From the NCBI GenBank assembly GCA_963778115.1, contig CAVZSV010000004.1, positions 1,728,001-1,792,000 of the forward strand: a stretch of 64,000 nt of DNA, in the 5' to 3' direction. The first letter of the stretch is position 1. The number at the start of each line of letters is the position of its first letter. Shown piece after piece: positions 27,055-36,984 of this stretch. The translations under genes and the position numbers were made by a program. Under the pieces are notes generated by a model, which had not been told where the DNA came from, ran no database searches, and was given only the letters and a program-made list of their open reading frames with translations. This stretch comes from an uncultured delta proteobacterium. GTDB taxonomy: Bacteria > Bdellovibrionota > FAC87 > UBA2466.

Positions 27055-28588
27055 ATGCTAACCAAAGAGCTAACGGCTAGAGTAAACTCCTTTCTCCTGG
27101 GTAACGAACTTGCCTCGGATCGTTATTTCTTTGTTAGGCTTTGGCTTATTCGGACTTTGGGTTTTATTTACGTCGTCGCTTTTTCGATCCTCTTTTTCCA
27201 AGGAGTCGCCCTATGGGGAAAGAACGGGTTACTCCCTATCACATCCTATATTTCCTCGGTCGTGAGATATTTCGACGGAGTTAGTAGCGGCTTTTGGAAC
27301 TTACCCAGCCTCTTCTATTTTGTTTCTTCAGACGGAATCATTCGCGGGATGGGGCTACTTGGAATGATCCTGGGACTCGTCCTCATGGCGGGTTATGCGA
27401 ACTTCGTCATGCTCTTTACTCTTTGGACGATGCAACTCTCATTCGTGAATTCGGGCCAACTCTTCTATGGTTATGGATGGGAGACGCAGCTGTTGGAACT
27501 TACCTTTCTTTGTTTCTTTCTCGTCCCTCTTTTCGATCCGAGACTTAAGAAAACCCATGTGGTGCCCCCTCGGATTGTGATCTGGTCACTCCGATGGATG
27601 CTCTTTCGCCTGATGCTCGGGGCGGGACTCATTAAGATCCGAGGCGACCAGTGCTGGAGGGATCTTACGTGTCTCATGTACCACTACGAGACACAGCCCA
27701 TTCCAAGTCCTCTAAGCTTTTTCTATCACCACATGCCGCCCTGGTTTCATTATGGCGGGGCTCTGTTTAACCACTTCGTGGAGCTGATCGTTCCCTTTGG
27801 TTACTTTGGCCCTAAAACAGTTCGCCGCTGTGCCGGCCTCATTACGATGTTTTTCCAGATGATTCTCATCTCTAGCGGAAATCTTTCCTGGCTAAACTGG
27901 GTCACCCTTGTGATGTGCATTGCCTGTTTCGATGACGAGTTTTTCAGCCGTTTGGGAAAGCATTTTGTTTTCTCTGACTCCTGCTCTTAGAAGCTCGAAT
28001 TCGCAAACGGCACTGCTCTCCTTATTCTCGCTTGCCGTGATCGGATTAAGCATCGCGCCCGCCTTGAATCTTCTAAGTTCGGAGCAGGCCATGAACACCT
28101 CCTATCAACCTTGGCATTTGATTAATAGCTATGGGGCTTTCGGATCCGTCGGTAAGGAACGTTATGATGTGATTATTGAAGCTACTGACGAGCCAGTGCT
28201 CACCGCTCACACCCAATGGCGTCCTTACGAATTTAAATGCGCTCCCGGGGATATTTCGCGCCGACCCTGTCTTATCACCCCTTATCATTACCATTTGGAT
28301 TGGCAAATTTGGTTTTCTGGCATGCGTCCTGAGTTGGAAGAGCAATGGCTTTTGCGTTTAGCAGTCAGGCTGTTAGAGAATGATTCTAAGATAGTGGGAC
28401 TTTTTGACTCGGCTCCCTTTGGATCGAAAGCCCCGACCTTTATTAAGATGGATTTATATCAGTACCAATTCGCGACATGGAAAGAATGGCCGCATCAATG
28501 GTGGACTCGTACTTTCATCCGAGAATATATGCCGGCTATTTCGCTTGACCTTCCCGCGGTACAAAAATTTAGAAAGGATAGCGATTAA
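27055..28588 (+). pseudogene. lipase maturation factor (LMF) family protein with one frameshift near 27950-27990
   Basis: N-half YGYGWETQLLE, RWMLFRLMLGAGLIKIRGD, YHYETQP; C-half in another frame NSYGAFGSV, YEFKCAPGD, PYHYHLDWQIWF. Confidence 0.85.
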
Positions 28589-28602
28589 ATGGAGGGGGAG
28601 AT

Positions 28603-28707
28603 CTAATGCCCCATCGCCACGGCCCCTTTGACCTTGTTGAGGAAGGGGGCCAGTAGCATAGAGCCGATCATTATCACCATTAAGATAAAGAAGCAGTCGC
28701 TAAAGGA
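28603..28707 (-). pseudogene. C-terminal remnant of a DHA2/EmrB-like MFS transporter
   Basis: SFSDCFFILMVIMIGSMLLAPFLNKVKGAVAMGH* resembles the last TM helix and tail of DHA2 transporters. Confidence 0.5.
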
Positions 28708-28914
28708 GCCCGGTCGGTGACCGAACTCGTTGACGCCCAAAATGTGGCGTTCGCGGCAGGGATCGCTTCCCCGGCCGCGGACTATACTTTTCTCCAAGCC
28801 TACTTTGACGCCCAAAGAGCGGTGGGTACTTTTGACATCGTTCAGAGCAATTCTGAACGGCAGGATACCCTTAAACAAATGCTTGGCGGAATAAACACCG
28901 TCCAAACCAACTAA
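28705..28914 (+). pseudogene. C-terminal remnant of a TolC family outer membrane protein
   Basis: GARSVTELVDAQNVAFAA...DYTFLQAYFDAQRAVGTF resembles the terminal OEP helix pattern GxxSxxELLDAQ. Confidence 0.55.
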
Positions 28915-28915
28915 A

Positions 28916-31051
28916 TCAGTATCTAAGCTGCATCTCCTCGAACAAGAAGGCTAGGACGTCAGCTTGCTGATCGATTTGTGCCTTTAGCGGCATTCCAGAT
29001 CCATGCCCGGCCGCAAAATCTACTCGCAAAAGAACAGGTTTTTTGCCGCCCAAAGCCTGAAGCCGGGCCGCCATCTTTTTTGACTGGTAGGGGTTAACTC
29101 GTCCGTCATTGGCGCCGGTCAATAAAAGAATACTAGGATAATCGCCCTTCTTTACAACGTGGTGGTACGGCGAATAAGCGTAAAGCGCCTTGAACTGCTC
29201 GGGATCTTTAACCGTTCCAAATTCGGTTACGTTAAAACTTCCGTTCGGATCCAGCTCTACTCGAAGCATATCGTAAATTCCCACGTGAGCCACGACGGTT
29301 TGAAAAAGCTCTGGACGCTGAGTCAGAGCAGCTCCCATCAAAAGACCTCCGGCGCTTCCGCCTTCTATGGCCAGTTTATCGCGACGGGTATATTTTGCGT
29401 GAATCAGATATTCCGCAACCGCAATAAAATCATCAAAAACGTTTTGCTTCTTTGTGAGCTTGCCCTGCTCGTGCCACTCTTCCCCAAACTCACCGCCACC
29501 TCTTAAGTTGGCGATGGCAATGACTCCTCCTTTTTTCAACCAGAGATGAACTTCGGGAGAGAAATAGGGCGATAAGCTGACTCCATAAGTTCCATAGCCT
29601 CTAAGAATCGTAGGCCGCGCTCCATCCTGTTTACTCTTCTTGCTCATTAAAATGTTTACGGGAACTTTCGTTCCATCCTTTGACGTCGCAAATTCTCGTT
29701 TCACTACAATGTCGGAAAAATCCACGGGAGATTGCGAAGACAGGCCGATTTTCTCAAGGGAAAATCCTTTGGAGGCTTGAACTTGATACCAGGTCGCCGG
29801 CATGACATAGGATTCGTTTTCCAAAAGAAAATCGTCCCCCGTCGTCGTGGTGAAGCCGTGGATAACCGACACCGGTGGAAGAGGAATTATTTTGCTCTTT
29901 CCGGTAGCTAATTCAAATTGGCGTAATTGGTGCGGGCCGCCCACGAGATCGATAGAATAAAGATAATGGTCAGTCGCTACCAGTTGCTGAATGACGACGT
30001 CCGAAGCAGGCACCACCTCTTTCGCCTTAGCAAGTTCTGGTTTTTCTAAATCGAGCACCAGAATCTTCTTATGGGGGGCGCCATCTCGCGAAAGAAGATA
30101 GAGATCGTTATGCCGGCCGAAGACGGCGTCCACGACGTTATCGGTAAATTTTGCGACCTGGGTCCAGTCCCCCTTTTTATTTCTAAGGTAGTAAGCAAAC
30201 TCTCCTCCGTCGCCGTTCTTAACTTCGGCGACAACGTAATCGCCTTGTCGAGGCGTAAAGAGAGCGGTTTCGGAAATCCTGGGAAAGTCTTTTCCTAGCT
30301 CATAAGTGTCTTGAGTGACGGGAGTACCAAACTTATGAAAATAGACCTGCTGGTAAAAACGCAAATCGGCATCGGCGCGTTCTCCGGGTGCCGGATATCT
30401 CGTGTAGTAAACGCCAGTGCCCTCTGGATTCCAGGCCACACTTCCTCCCGCCGTAGGAAATTTCACGCGTGGTAGGGGTTCGGCGACCTCTTTACCGGTC
30501 GCGGTCTCATAAAAATGGACGGTTCCAGCCTCCGTTCCGGCTTGAGAGAGCGAAATGGCAACATGGCTCCCGTCGCGCGAAGGGGAATAGAAATCGATAG
30601 TGGTAAGCCCTGAAGAATCCATCAGACTGGGATCCAAGATGACGTGCTCTTGCTTGGGATTTCCGTCGGGAGGCAGACGGACCAATAGATTTTGCGACTC
30701 GGGAGGCTGGTGCTTCATCGCAAAGACAATTCCGTTTCTAAATCCCAAGGAGAAGTAAACCGGTGACTTAAACAGCGCCCATTCCTCCAGTTGTTTTCGA
30801 ATCTTGGGACGGGAGGGCAATCTATTCAGCCAACTGCGCGAGTATTGGGCCTCATCTTCGGTCCATTTCTTAACCTTGGCGTCGGAAGCGTCTTCCAGCC
30901 AGCGGTAGTCATCGACGACCTTGACGCCGTGATACTCATCGGTAACAGGATGTTTCTCAGTAGTGGGCGGCCTCAACATGGTGAGTGACGAACTCGATCT
31001 GGAAACAAATAGACTCAGCGCAAAAAGGAGGAAAGAGATTTTTGATTTCAT
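28916..31051 (-). CDS. prolyl oligopeptidase (S9A)
   Basis: DDYRWLED, NLRGGGEFGEEWH, GGSAGG, DGRV, AGHG; signal peptide from ATG 31051. Confidence 0.95.
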   Translation of the reverse strand: MKSKISFLLFALSLFVSRSSSSLTMLRPPTTEKHPVTDEYHGVKVVDDYRWLEDASDAKVKKWTEDEAQYSRSWLNRLPSRPKIRKQLEEWALFKSPVYFSLGFRNGIVFAMKHQPPESQNLLVRLPPDGNPKQEHVILDPSLMDSSGLTTIDFYSPSRDGSHVAISLSQAGTEAGTVHFYETATGKEVAEPLPRVKFPTAGGSVAWNPEGTGVYYTRYPAPGERADADLRFYQQVYFHKFGTPVTQDTYELGKDFPRISETALFTPRQGDYVVAEVKNGDGGEFAYYLRNKKGDWTQVAKFTDNVVDAVFGRHNDLYLLSRDGAPHKKILVLDLEKPELAKAKEVVPASDVVIQQLVATDHYLYSIDLVGGPHQLRQFELATGKSKIIPLPPVSVIHGFTTTTGDDFLLENESYVMPATWYQVQASKGFSLEKIGLSSQSPVDFSDIVVKREFATSKDGTKVPVNILMSKKSKQDGARPTILRGYGTYGVSLSPYFSPEVHLWLKKGGVIAIANLRGGGEFGEEWHEQGKLTKKQNVFDDFIAVAEYLIHAKYTRRDKLAIEGGSAGGLLMGAALTQRPELFQTVVAHVGIYDMLRVELDPNGSFNVTEFGTVKDPEQFKALYAYSPYHHVVKKGDYPSILLLTGANDGRVNPYQSKKMAARLQALGGKKPVLLRVDFAAGHGSGMPLKAQIDQQADVLAFLFEEMQLRY

Positions 31052-31143
31052 AGAGAAAGCTTGGATAGGGGAGTGGCTAACGTCAAGGCCAACATCCAAG
31101 AAAGGCGTTACTCATTTGATGACCGTGCCAGTTGTGGATTTCA

Positions 31144-31179
31144 GGTTGCCACGTTGCCCTGCGGGCTGCTCGCAATGAC
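31144..31179. repeat. REP-like palindromic element remnant, copy 1
   Basis: GGTTGCCACG...GCTGCTCGCAATGAC; shares the 15-mer GCTGCTCGCAATGAC with 49944-49958. Confidence 0.55.
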
Positions 31180-31188
31180 AGACAATGC

Positions 31189-32454
31189 TCAACTTCGAGT
31201 TTGACCGGTACCGTCCAAAAGCCACCGAACGCTTGTTAATTCCTTAAGGCCAACGGGGCCTCTGACATGAAGCTTTTGAGTACTTATCCCTAGCTCGCCC
31301 CCCAAGCCAAGTTCAAATCCATCGGTAAAACGCGTGGAAGCATTCCAATAGACGGCGGCAGCATCGATAGCTTGCTGAAACTGCCGAGCCGAAACCTCCG
31401 ATCGCGTTACAATGGCTTCACTGTGGCGAGAGCCGTGTGTTTCGATATGATCAATGGCTTGCTCCAAAGAGGAGACGACCTTACTATTCATTTTAAGATC
31501 GAGATATTCGGTATCCCAATGGACAGCTTGTGCTGCAAGAACTCTAGGCTTGCCTTGCAACGTTTGTAAGGTGCGGCTGCAGCCAAACCATTCCACCCCT
31601 TTTATGGAAAGCGCTTCATAGAGAAGAGGTAGAAACTTTTCCTGAACGGCGGAATGGACCAAAAGCGTCTCCATCGCGTTACAAACTCCGGGTCGTTGCG
31701 TTTTCGCATTTACCACAAGGTTCTGCGCCATAGTGAGATCGGCATCCTCATGGACATAGATGTGGCAAAGCCCCCGATCATTTTTAATAATGGGAATGTG
31801 AGAATTCTTGACTACAAAATCGATAAGCCCCTCACCGCCTCTGGGAACCACCACGTCGATCCATTGACGCGCTTTTAGTAATTCCTCGAGTAGAGATCGA
31901 TCCGAGTCAGTAATTCCCCAGAACGTCGACGAAGCAAGACCGGAATCCTTCAAGGCTTGTTCGAGTAAAAGGTAAATGGCTTGTGTCGTGCGCATGGACT
32001 CTTTTCCACCGCGAAGTAAAATGACATTGCCCGACTTTAGCGCAAGACCAAAAGCTTCCAAAGCCACGTTCGGACGAGATTCAAAGATCATTAGAATCAC
32101 ACCAAGAGGGGATCGCACGCGACGCACTCGAATCCCGTTCGCAAGGATCCGCTGTTCCACCTCTTCATTGATGGGATCGGCAAGAGAGGCGACTTGGCGT
32201 AAACCCGTAGCCGCTAATGCCAATCGTTCTTCGTTCAGTAAAAGCCTGTCGCGAAAAGCCGCTGTCGCCGTGGCCGCCAAAGCCTTTTGGTCAGCGCAAT
32301 TGGCGGCAATAATCTCCGCTTTCCTATCGGAAAGAAGTTTCGCGACCGATAAAAGCACCTGATTTCTCGTCAATAAATCGGTTTGGCGTAACTCTCGAGC
32401 AGCTTTTCGACAAGCCTCAAGTCGTTTTTGAAATTGCGGAGCGGATTCGCCCAT
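31189..32454 (-). CDS. proA: glutamate-5-semialdehyde dehydrogenase
   Basis: FESRPNV, LRGGKES, RPGVCNAMETLL, NASTRFTDG, GISTQKLHVRGPVG. Confidence 0.97.
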   Translation of the reverse strand: MGESAPQFQKRLEACRKAARELRQTDLLTRNQVLLSVAKLLSDRKAEIIAANCADQKALAATATAAFRDRLLLNEERLALAATGLRQVASLADPINEEVEQRILANGIRVRRVRSPLGVILMIFESRPNVALEAFGLALKSGNVILLRGGKESMRTTQAIYLLLEQALKDSGLASSTFWGITDSDRSLLEELLKARQWIDVVVPRGGEGLIDFVVKNSHIPIIKNDRGLCHIYVHEDADLTMAQNLVVNAKTQRPGVCNAMETLLVHSAVQEKFLPLLYEALSIKGVEWFGCSRTLQTLQGKPRVLAAQAVHWDTEYLDLKMNSKVVSSLEQAIDHIETHGSRHSEAIVTRSEVSARQFQQAIDAAAVYWNASTRFTDGFELGLGGELGISTQKLHVRGPVGLKELTSVRWLLDGTGQTRS

Positions 32455-33257
32455 TAGGACTTACCCCCGAGGCGGCTTCCCATACGTTCGCCGCTTGCAA
32501 TCCGAAGAAGGGCGTTGGGGGCGTCCCCTTTGAGAAGCCAGGTTTCAATTCCCTGTTGGTTCGCTTCGCGCGCCGCAAGCAGCTTAGAGTACATGCCGCC
32601 GGTGCCTCTGGAAGATCCGGCCTGCTTTCCGATCTTCTTTAACCAACTCTCGTCGATAAACGGAAGGTGAGCCACAAGCTTAGCGCGCGGATTCTTTGAA
32701 GGGTTCGTATCATATAGCCCCTCTACGTCGGTTAAAATAACTAAGCGATCGGCTTTCATCATGCAGGCCACTTTGGCAGAAAGCGAATCGTTATCACCGA
32801 ACTTAATCTCTTCAGTCGCCACCGCATCGTTCTCGTTAAGGATAGGTACTACTTTCCACTCTAAAAGTTTATTAAGTGTGATTTCTAGATTTCCTCGCCG
32901 GGTTGCATCCCCCATATCCTCGTAGGTCAGTAAGATCTGAGCCCCGATCAACCCCACCGCCTGTAGCGAGAGATTGTATAGATCCATCAGTAGCGGCTGA
33001 CCGATAGCGCTTAGCGCCTGCTTTTCCACGAGCGAACGTTCACTCGCTCCTCGCTGCGTTCTCTCCACTGCGGAAGCAATCGCCCCCGAGGTCACCCATA
33101 TGATTTCAAAACCTTCTAAGGAAAGCTTCGCCACCTGTTGCATCCACGCTCTTAGAAGGAGGGGGCCCCCGGAACAGATTAGATTACTCCCTACCTTTAC
33201 CACCCAACGGCTGCGGGAAGGGCGCGAACCAAAACGCGTTTTTTTCATTTTAGTCAC
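32454..33257 (-). CDS. proB: glutamate 5-kinase without PUA domain
   Basis: VVKVGS, TSGAI, NENDAV, FGDNDSLSA, GTGGMYSK; 267 aa. Confidence 0.96.
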   Translation of the reverse strand: MTKMKKTRFGSRPSRSRWVVKVGSNLICSGGPLLLRAWMQQVAKLSLEGFEIIWVTSGAIASAVERTQRGASERSLVEKQALSAIGQPLLMDLYNLSLQAVGLIGAQILLTYEDMGDATRRGNLEITLNKLLEWKVVPILNENDAVATEEIKFGDNDSLSAKVACMMKADRLVILTDVEGLYDTNPSKNPRAKLVAHLPFIDESWLKKIGKQAGSSRGTGGMYSKLLAAREANQQGIETWLLKGDAPNALLRIASGERMGSRLGGKS

Positions 33258-33330
33258 TGGGCAATCATAGTACTCACGTGACTCAACGGCAAATCTGCCT
33301 GAAGCTGGAAATCTGTGCTAAAAACTACCT

Positions 33331-33897
33331 ATGTCGAAGAAAACCTCAAAAACATTGCACGTAAAGCCCACTCAGTTCGCGATAGGGATGCTCGAAGTGA
33401 TTCGAAAAAAGAAAGATATCCTGTCTTTAAAGAAGAGGGAACTCAAGAAATACATTAACGACCATCCTATTGTGATCGTGGTGGCCCCCAATCGCGAGAA
33501 GTACATTATCGACGGACATCATCATGTAGCGGCCTTTTGGATGGCGGGAGTTAAGCAGATTCGAATCCATATTGAACAGGATTTCTCCCGGACGAAAATG
33601 TCTTACGAACGATTTTGGACCGTTATGAAAAAGAATAAATGGTGTCATCTGTACGACCGCTTCGGAGACGGTCCCAGAGATCCCATGTACCTTCCGTGGG
33701 ACATTCGAGGGCTATCCGACGACCCCTATCGAAGTCTCGCCTGGTTAGTGACCCTAGAAGGCTACTCTCCCGGAGAGGCCACTTTTGCCCAATTTCGATG
33801 GGCCAACCACTTTAGGAGAAAAAAAATATTTTCCCCTGAGTTTGATCTCGATTATGAGAAGGCGGTGAAAAAGGCGATTCGGCTGGTGAAAAAATAG
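33331..33897 (+). CDS. ParB-like nuclease family (ParBc_2 type) protein
   Basis: PTQFAIG, YIIDGHH, DDPYRSLAW, FAQFRWA. Confidence 0.85.
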   Translation: MSKKTSKTLHVKPTQFAIGMLEVIRKKKDILSLKKRELKKYINDHPIVIVVAPNREKYIIDGHHHVAAFWMAGVKQIRIHIEQDFSRTKMSYERFWTVMKKNKWCHLYDRFGDGPRDPMYLPWDIRGLSDDPYRSLAWLVTLEGYSPGEATFAQFRWANHFRRKKIFSPEFDLDYEKAVKKAIRLVKK

Positions 33898-34145
33898 ACA
33901 GCGAAAGACGCCCGTTCCTTCCATTTATTTGGACGAAAGCTTATGCCAAGATCTCTTCGATTTATTGGCGAGTGTAAATCCTAACAACCGACCAAGTCCC
34001 GTCCGAACCCCGTTTGCGTTACCCAAAATTACATCCCCTATGATTCCTGCGGTTATTGGTGCTGCTAAGCTCCATTTTGTAACCACACGTCTGTAAAAAC
34101 TTTACGTAACTCGTCGCGCCATTTTGAAAAACGAGCCTGCTGTTT

Positions 34146-34161
34146 TGGTCATGTAATTGCA
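34146..34161 (+). promoter_or_regulatory. putative sigma-54 promoter
   Basis: TGGTCATGTAATTGCA: GG-N10-GC at the end of a 320-bp intergenic region. Confidence 0.45.
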
Positions 34162-34217
34162 CAAGCCTTCCCCGATCCGAGGGGATCAATCAATCAATTT
34201 AAGAGGAGAGGATTTAG

Positions 34218-35444
34218 ATGAAACAGCTGTTTTTTGTGCCGTTGGCACTTCTAGCCGCGCTGGGAATTTCAAGCCCCGGTTTTACGGCAGAGAGTGCTGA
34301 TAGCATTTCCAAGAGTGACCTCACGACAAGTACGGTTCCGATAGATCAAATTCGGCTAGTCGACGAAAGTGTCGTGGTAACCCCAAATGAAGCAGCCCAG
34401 CCCGCTGAAGCTCCCCGTGGTGGCGGTGGTGGTCATGGCGGCGGCGGCGGTGGTGGTCATGGCGGCGGCGGTGGTGGTGGTCATGGCGGCGGCGGCGGTG
34501 GTGGTGGTCATGGCGGCGGCGGTGGTGGTGGTCATGGCGGCGGCGGCGGTGGTGGTCATGGCGGCGGCGGTGGTGGTGGTCATGGCGGCGGCGGCGGACA
34601 TCATGGTGGTGGCGGAGCCGGTGGCGGCGGACATCACGGTGGTGGGGGAGCCGGTGGCGGCGGACATCATGGCGGTGGGGGAGCCGGTGGCGGCGGACAT
34701 CACGGTGGTGGGGGAGCCGGTGGCGGCGGACATCACGGTGGTGGGGGAGCCGGTGGCGGCGGACATCACGGCGGTGGGGGACATCATGGCGGTGGCGGAA
34801 TCGGAACTATCTATCCTCCTCCAACGTGCGTTCTCACGGCCAGTACGACAAATATCGAAATCGGACAACCTGTAGTTATCAATCTTCAGGCTAGCGGATA
34901 TGTATCGTCAGCCTCTATTGATAATCAGGAAGTTTCCGTACCAACGGGATCGGTTACTTACACTCCGGCCACGGCGGGAACCTTCACCAGTCAAGGGACT
35001 GTGAGCGGACCCGGCGGATACGGAACTTGTACGGTCACCTATACGGTAAGTGCCTTCCAAGTGGGCGAAACCGTAATGACGATCGCAGCGGCCAGTCTCT
35101 ACACGGGAACCACGATCGTGGGTTCCGTGCAAGCGGGCGCGACCTATCAAATCGCGGCGATCCAAGGAGCCTGGGTATCGTTGAAACAGGCGGACGGAAC
35201 CGTTCTTCCCGGTTGGATCCAAGCATCTGACCTTGAGGTTGCGCCTCTTGCGGTTGGCGATACTGTCACCACGATCGCACCGGCGAGTCTGTACACGGGA
35301 ACTCAAGTGATGGGTTCCGTGCAAGCGGGCGCGACATACCAGATCGCTAGTATCCAAGGAGAATGGGCATCGCTGAAACAAGCCGATGGAACCGTTCTTC
35401 CTGGGTGGATTCAGGTATCCGACCTGCAGAGAGTAAATCAATAA
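34218..35444 (+). CDS. secreted protein with Gly/His repeats, an Ig-like domain and two SH3-like repeats
   Basis: AGGAG RBS, signal peptide; G/H tract; Cys-bracketed beta domain; two near-identical repeats ending GxWxSL...GWI. Confidence 0.88.
   Translation: MKQLFFVPLALLAALGISSPGFTAESADSISKSDLTTSTVPIDQIRLVDESVVVTPNEAAQPAEAPRGGGGGHGGGGGGGHGGGGGGGHGGGGGGGGHGGGGGGGHGGGGGGGHGGGGGGGHGGGGGHHGGGGAGGGGHHGGGGAGGGGHHGGGGAGGGGHHGGGGAGGGGHHGGGGAGGGGHHGGGGHHGGGGIGTIYPPPTCVLTASTTNIEIGQPVVINLQASGYVSSASIDNQEVSVPTGSVTYTPATAGTFTSQGTVSGPGGYGTCTVTYTVSAFQVGETVMTIAAASLYTGTTIVGSVQAGATYQIAAIQGAWVSLKQADGTVLPGWIQASDLEVAPLAVGDTVTTIAPASLYTGTQVMGSVQAGATYQIASIQGEWASLKQADGTVLPGWIQVSDLQRVNQ
34419..34799 (+). repeat. coding tandem repeats: seven G(5-8)H units then five 33-nt HHGGGGAGGGG units
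   Basis: Directly visible GGN/CAT/CAC tandem array. Confidence 0.95.
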
Positions 35445-35513
35445 GTCTTATCAGGGCCGAGACGCAATTGAACTTGGCCTTTGAGTGGACTAGCTTCTCA
35501 GCGTCAGCTACAC

Positions 35514-35552
35514 CTACCCGGAGGGGGCAACCTCTCCGGGTAGATTTTTATT
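35514..35552 (+). terminator. putative intrinsic terminator
   Basis: CTACCCGGAGGGG-GCAA-CCTCTCCGGGTAG followed by ATTTTTATT, ending just before the next ATG. Confidence 0.7.
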
Positions 35553-35555
35553 GGT

Positions 35556-36077
35556 ATGAGAATGCGGAGTAAGCAAAAAATATGGCTCTCCCTGGCTGTA
35601 GTCCAATTGGGGTTAGCCGTGTGCGGAGCCGCCCATTTTCCTTGGTGGAAGCTGGGTGGCGTCGGAAGATGGATTCAACAGTACGGCGTATTTACGGGAT
35701 CCAGTAGCGTCTTTAATTTTTTTGCCCCTTCTGTCGGACAATCCACTCGGGCGGAGTTCGATCTTTACGACAAAAACGATAGATTCTTAGCCACCGATCA
35801 CCTTCCCGTCGGCCCCTCCCACGAGGCCAACCTGAGGGCAGTCAATATCGTGGAATTTATTACGAACGATTTAGAGGACAACAATAGCCGACATCTGCTT
35901 TCGGCATCTTGGGTAGCTAAAATGTTTGCTCGCCATCCGGAAGCTTCCTTCATTGTTCTTAGAGTAGAAACGTTCGATGTTCCGTACATGGAAGATTATC
36001 GACGAGGAGAACGATCCACATGGCAAACCGTCTACCGAGCGAAGTTCGCACGAGAAAAGGCGCCCAGTCGTGGCTAA
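35556..36077 (+). CDS. SdpA/DUF5819-like membrane-anchored protein
   Basis: N-terminal TM, FNFFAP motif, overlaps the downstream HTTM gene. Confidence 0.6.
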   Translation: MRMRSKQKIWLSLAVVQLGLAVCGAAHFPWWKLGGVGRWIQQYGVFTGSSSVFNFFAPSVGQSTRAEFDLYDKNDRFLATDHLPVGPSHEANLRAVNIVEFITNDLEDNNSRHLLSASWVAKMFARHPEASFIVLRVETFDVPYMEDYRRGERSTWQTVYRAKFAREKAPSRG

Positions 36078-36984
36078 GGTACCGAAGCAGATCCAAGATT
36101 TCTTTTTCTTGCCGGCTTCGCCCTTTCCGCTCGCTGTAATCCGAATTGGGCTTGCGGTCTTATTACTCGTTCAAGCAATTTTATGCTCCAGCCTTTTTTT
36201 TGAATGGTACAGCACTCAAGGAATCCTCCAAAGCCACATTGGAGAACAGTTCGGAGCGTGGGGGGTTCCCCAGACGACTCAAATCGTTCAGCTCACTTCA
36301 CATTGGGGATTTTCAGAGCGAACGACACTTTTCGCTTTAGCAGCCGTGTACTTGATAAGTCTTCTCAGCTTTCTCGTAGGATTCATGACACGCATATCGG
36401 CGGCTATTTTGTGGATGATGCATCTGATTTTCGCACGCGGACACTTCACCAGTTACGGCGTTGATCTATTTGCCCACATCACTCTTTTTTATTCCATCTT
36501 CATGCCCTTCGGCGATACGCTCTCGTTTGATTCTCTTTTAAAGAAAACAAAGGCGAAGAGCTGGGAGGCGCGCCTGTCTCTTCGCGTACTCCAACTTCAC
36601 CTCTGCATCGCTTATATGGCGACGGGAATCGAAAAAGTTCTGGGCGAACAGTGGAGGAATGGAGATGCGATTTGGCGCTCTTTAATGCTTCCCACCTACC
36701 AGCAGTTCGACTGCAGCTTGCTAGCGTTCTTTCCCCATGTGGCGTGGTTGCTGGGGTGGGGTACGCTACTGATTGAGATTGGGTACCCGTTCTTTATTTT
36801 TCCGAAACGAACACGGCTGCTATGGGTATTCGCCGTGGTCGTTCTTCATACCGGGATAGGAGTTTTTCTGGGGCTCCAACTTTTTGGCGTCCTAATGGCC
36901 TTACTTACCTTCTGTTGTTTTGGTCTATCAGCGGAAAAAGTGGTTTCCTCCTCCGATAACAGAGCCAGAAACTTGCGAAATTAA
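36070..36984 (+). CDS. HTTM domain protein (SdpB-like)
   Basis: LAVIRIGLA, LQLHLCIAYMATGIEK...WRNGDA, EIGYPF, LHTGIG; GTG at 36070 is the likely start. Confidence 0.85.
   Translation: MAKVPKQIQDFFFLPASPFPLAVIRIGLAVLLLVQAILCSSLFFEWYSTQGILQSHIGEQFGAWGVPQTTQIVQLTSHWGFSERTTLFALAAVYLISLLSFLVGFMTRISAAILWMMHLIFARGHFTSYGVDLFAHITLFYSIFMPFGDTLSFDSLLKKTKAKSWEARLSLRVLQLHLCIAYMATGIEKVLGEQWRNGDAIWRSLMLPTYQQFDCSLLAFFPHVAWLLGWGTLLIEIGYPFFIFPKRTRLLWVFAVVVLHTGIGVFLGLQLFGVLMALLTFCCFGLSAEKVVSSSDNRARNLRN

Noticed and set aside
28606..28914. Stop-codon readthrough gene from ATG 28606
   Set aside because: Needs readthrough of both TAG and TAA; the upstream part is better explained as the antisense of an MFS remnant
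33331..33897. Chromosome or plasmid partitioning ParB
   Set aside because: Short stand-alone ParB-like domain with no HTH or parA nearby
34356..34875. CRISPR array, or separate Ala/Val/Thr-rich ORFs
   Set aside because: Repeats are contiguous codon repeats without unique spacers; the other ORFs are frame shadows of the Gly/His tract
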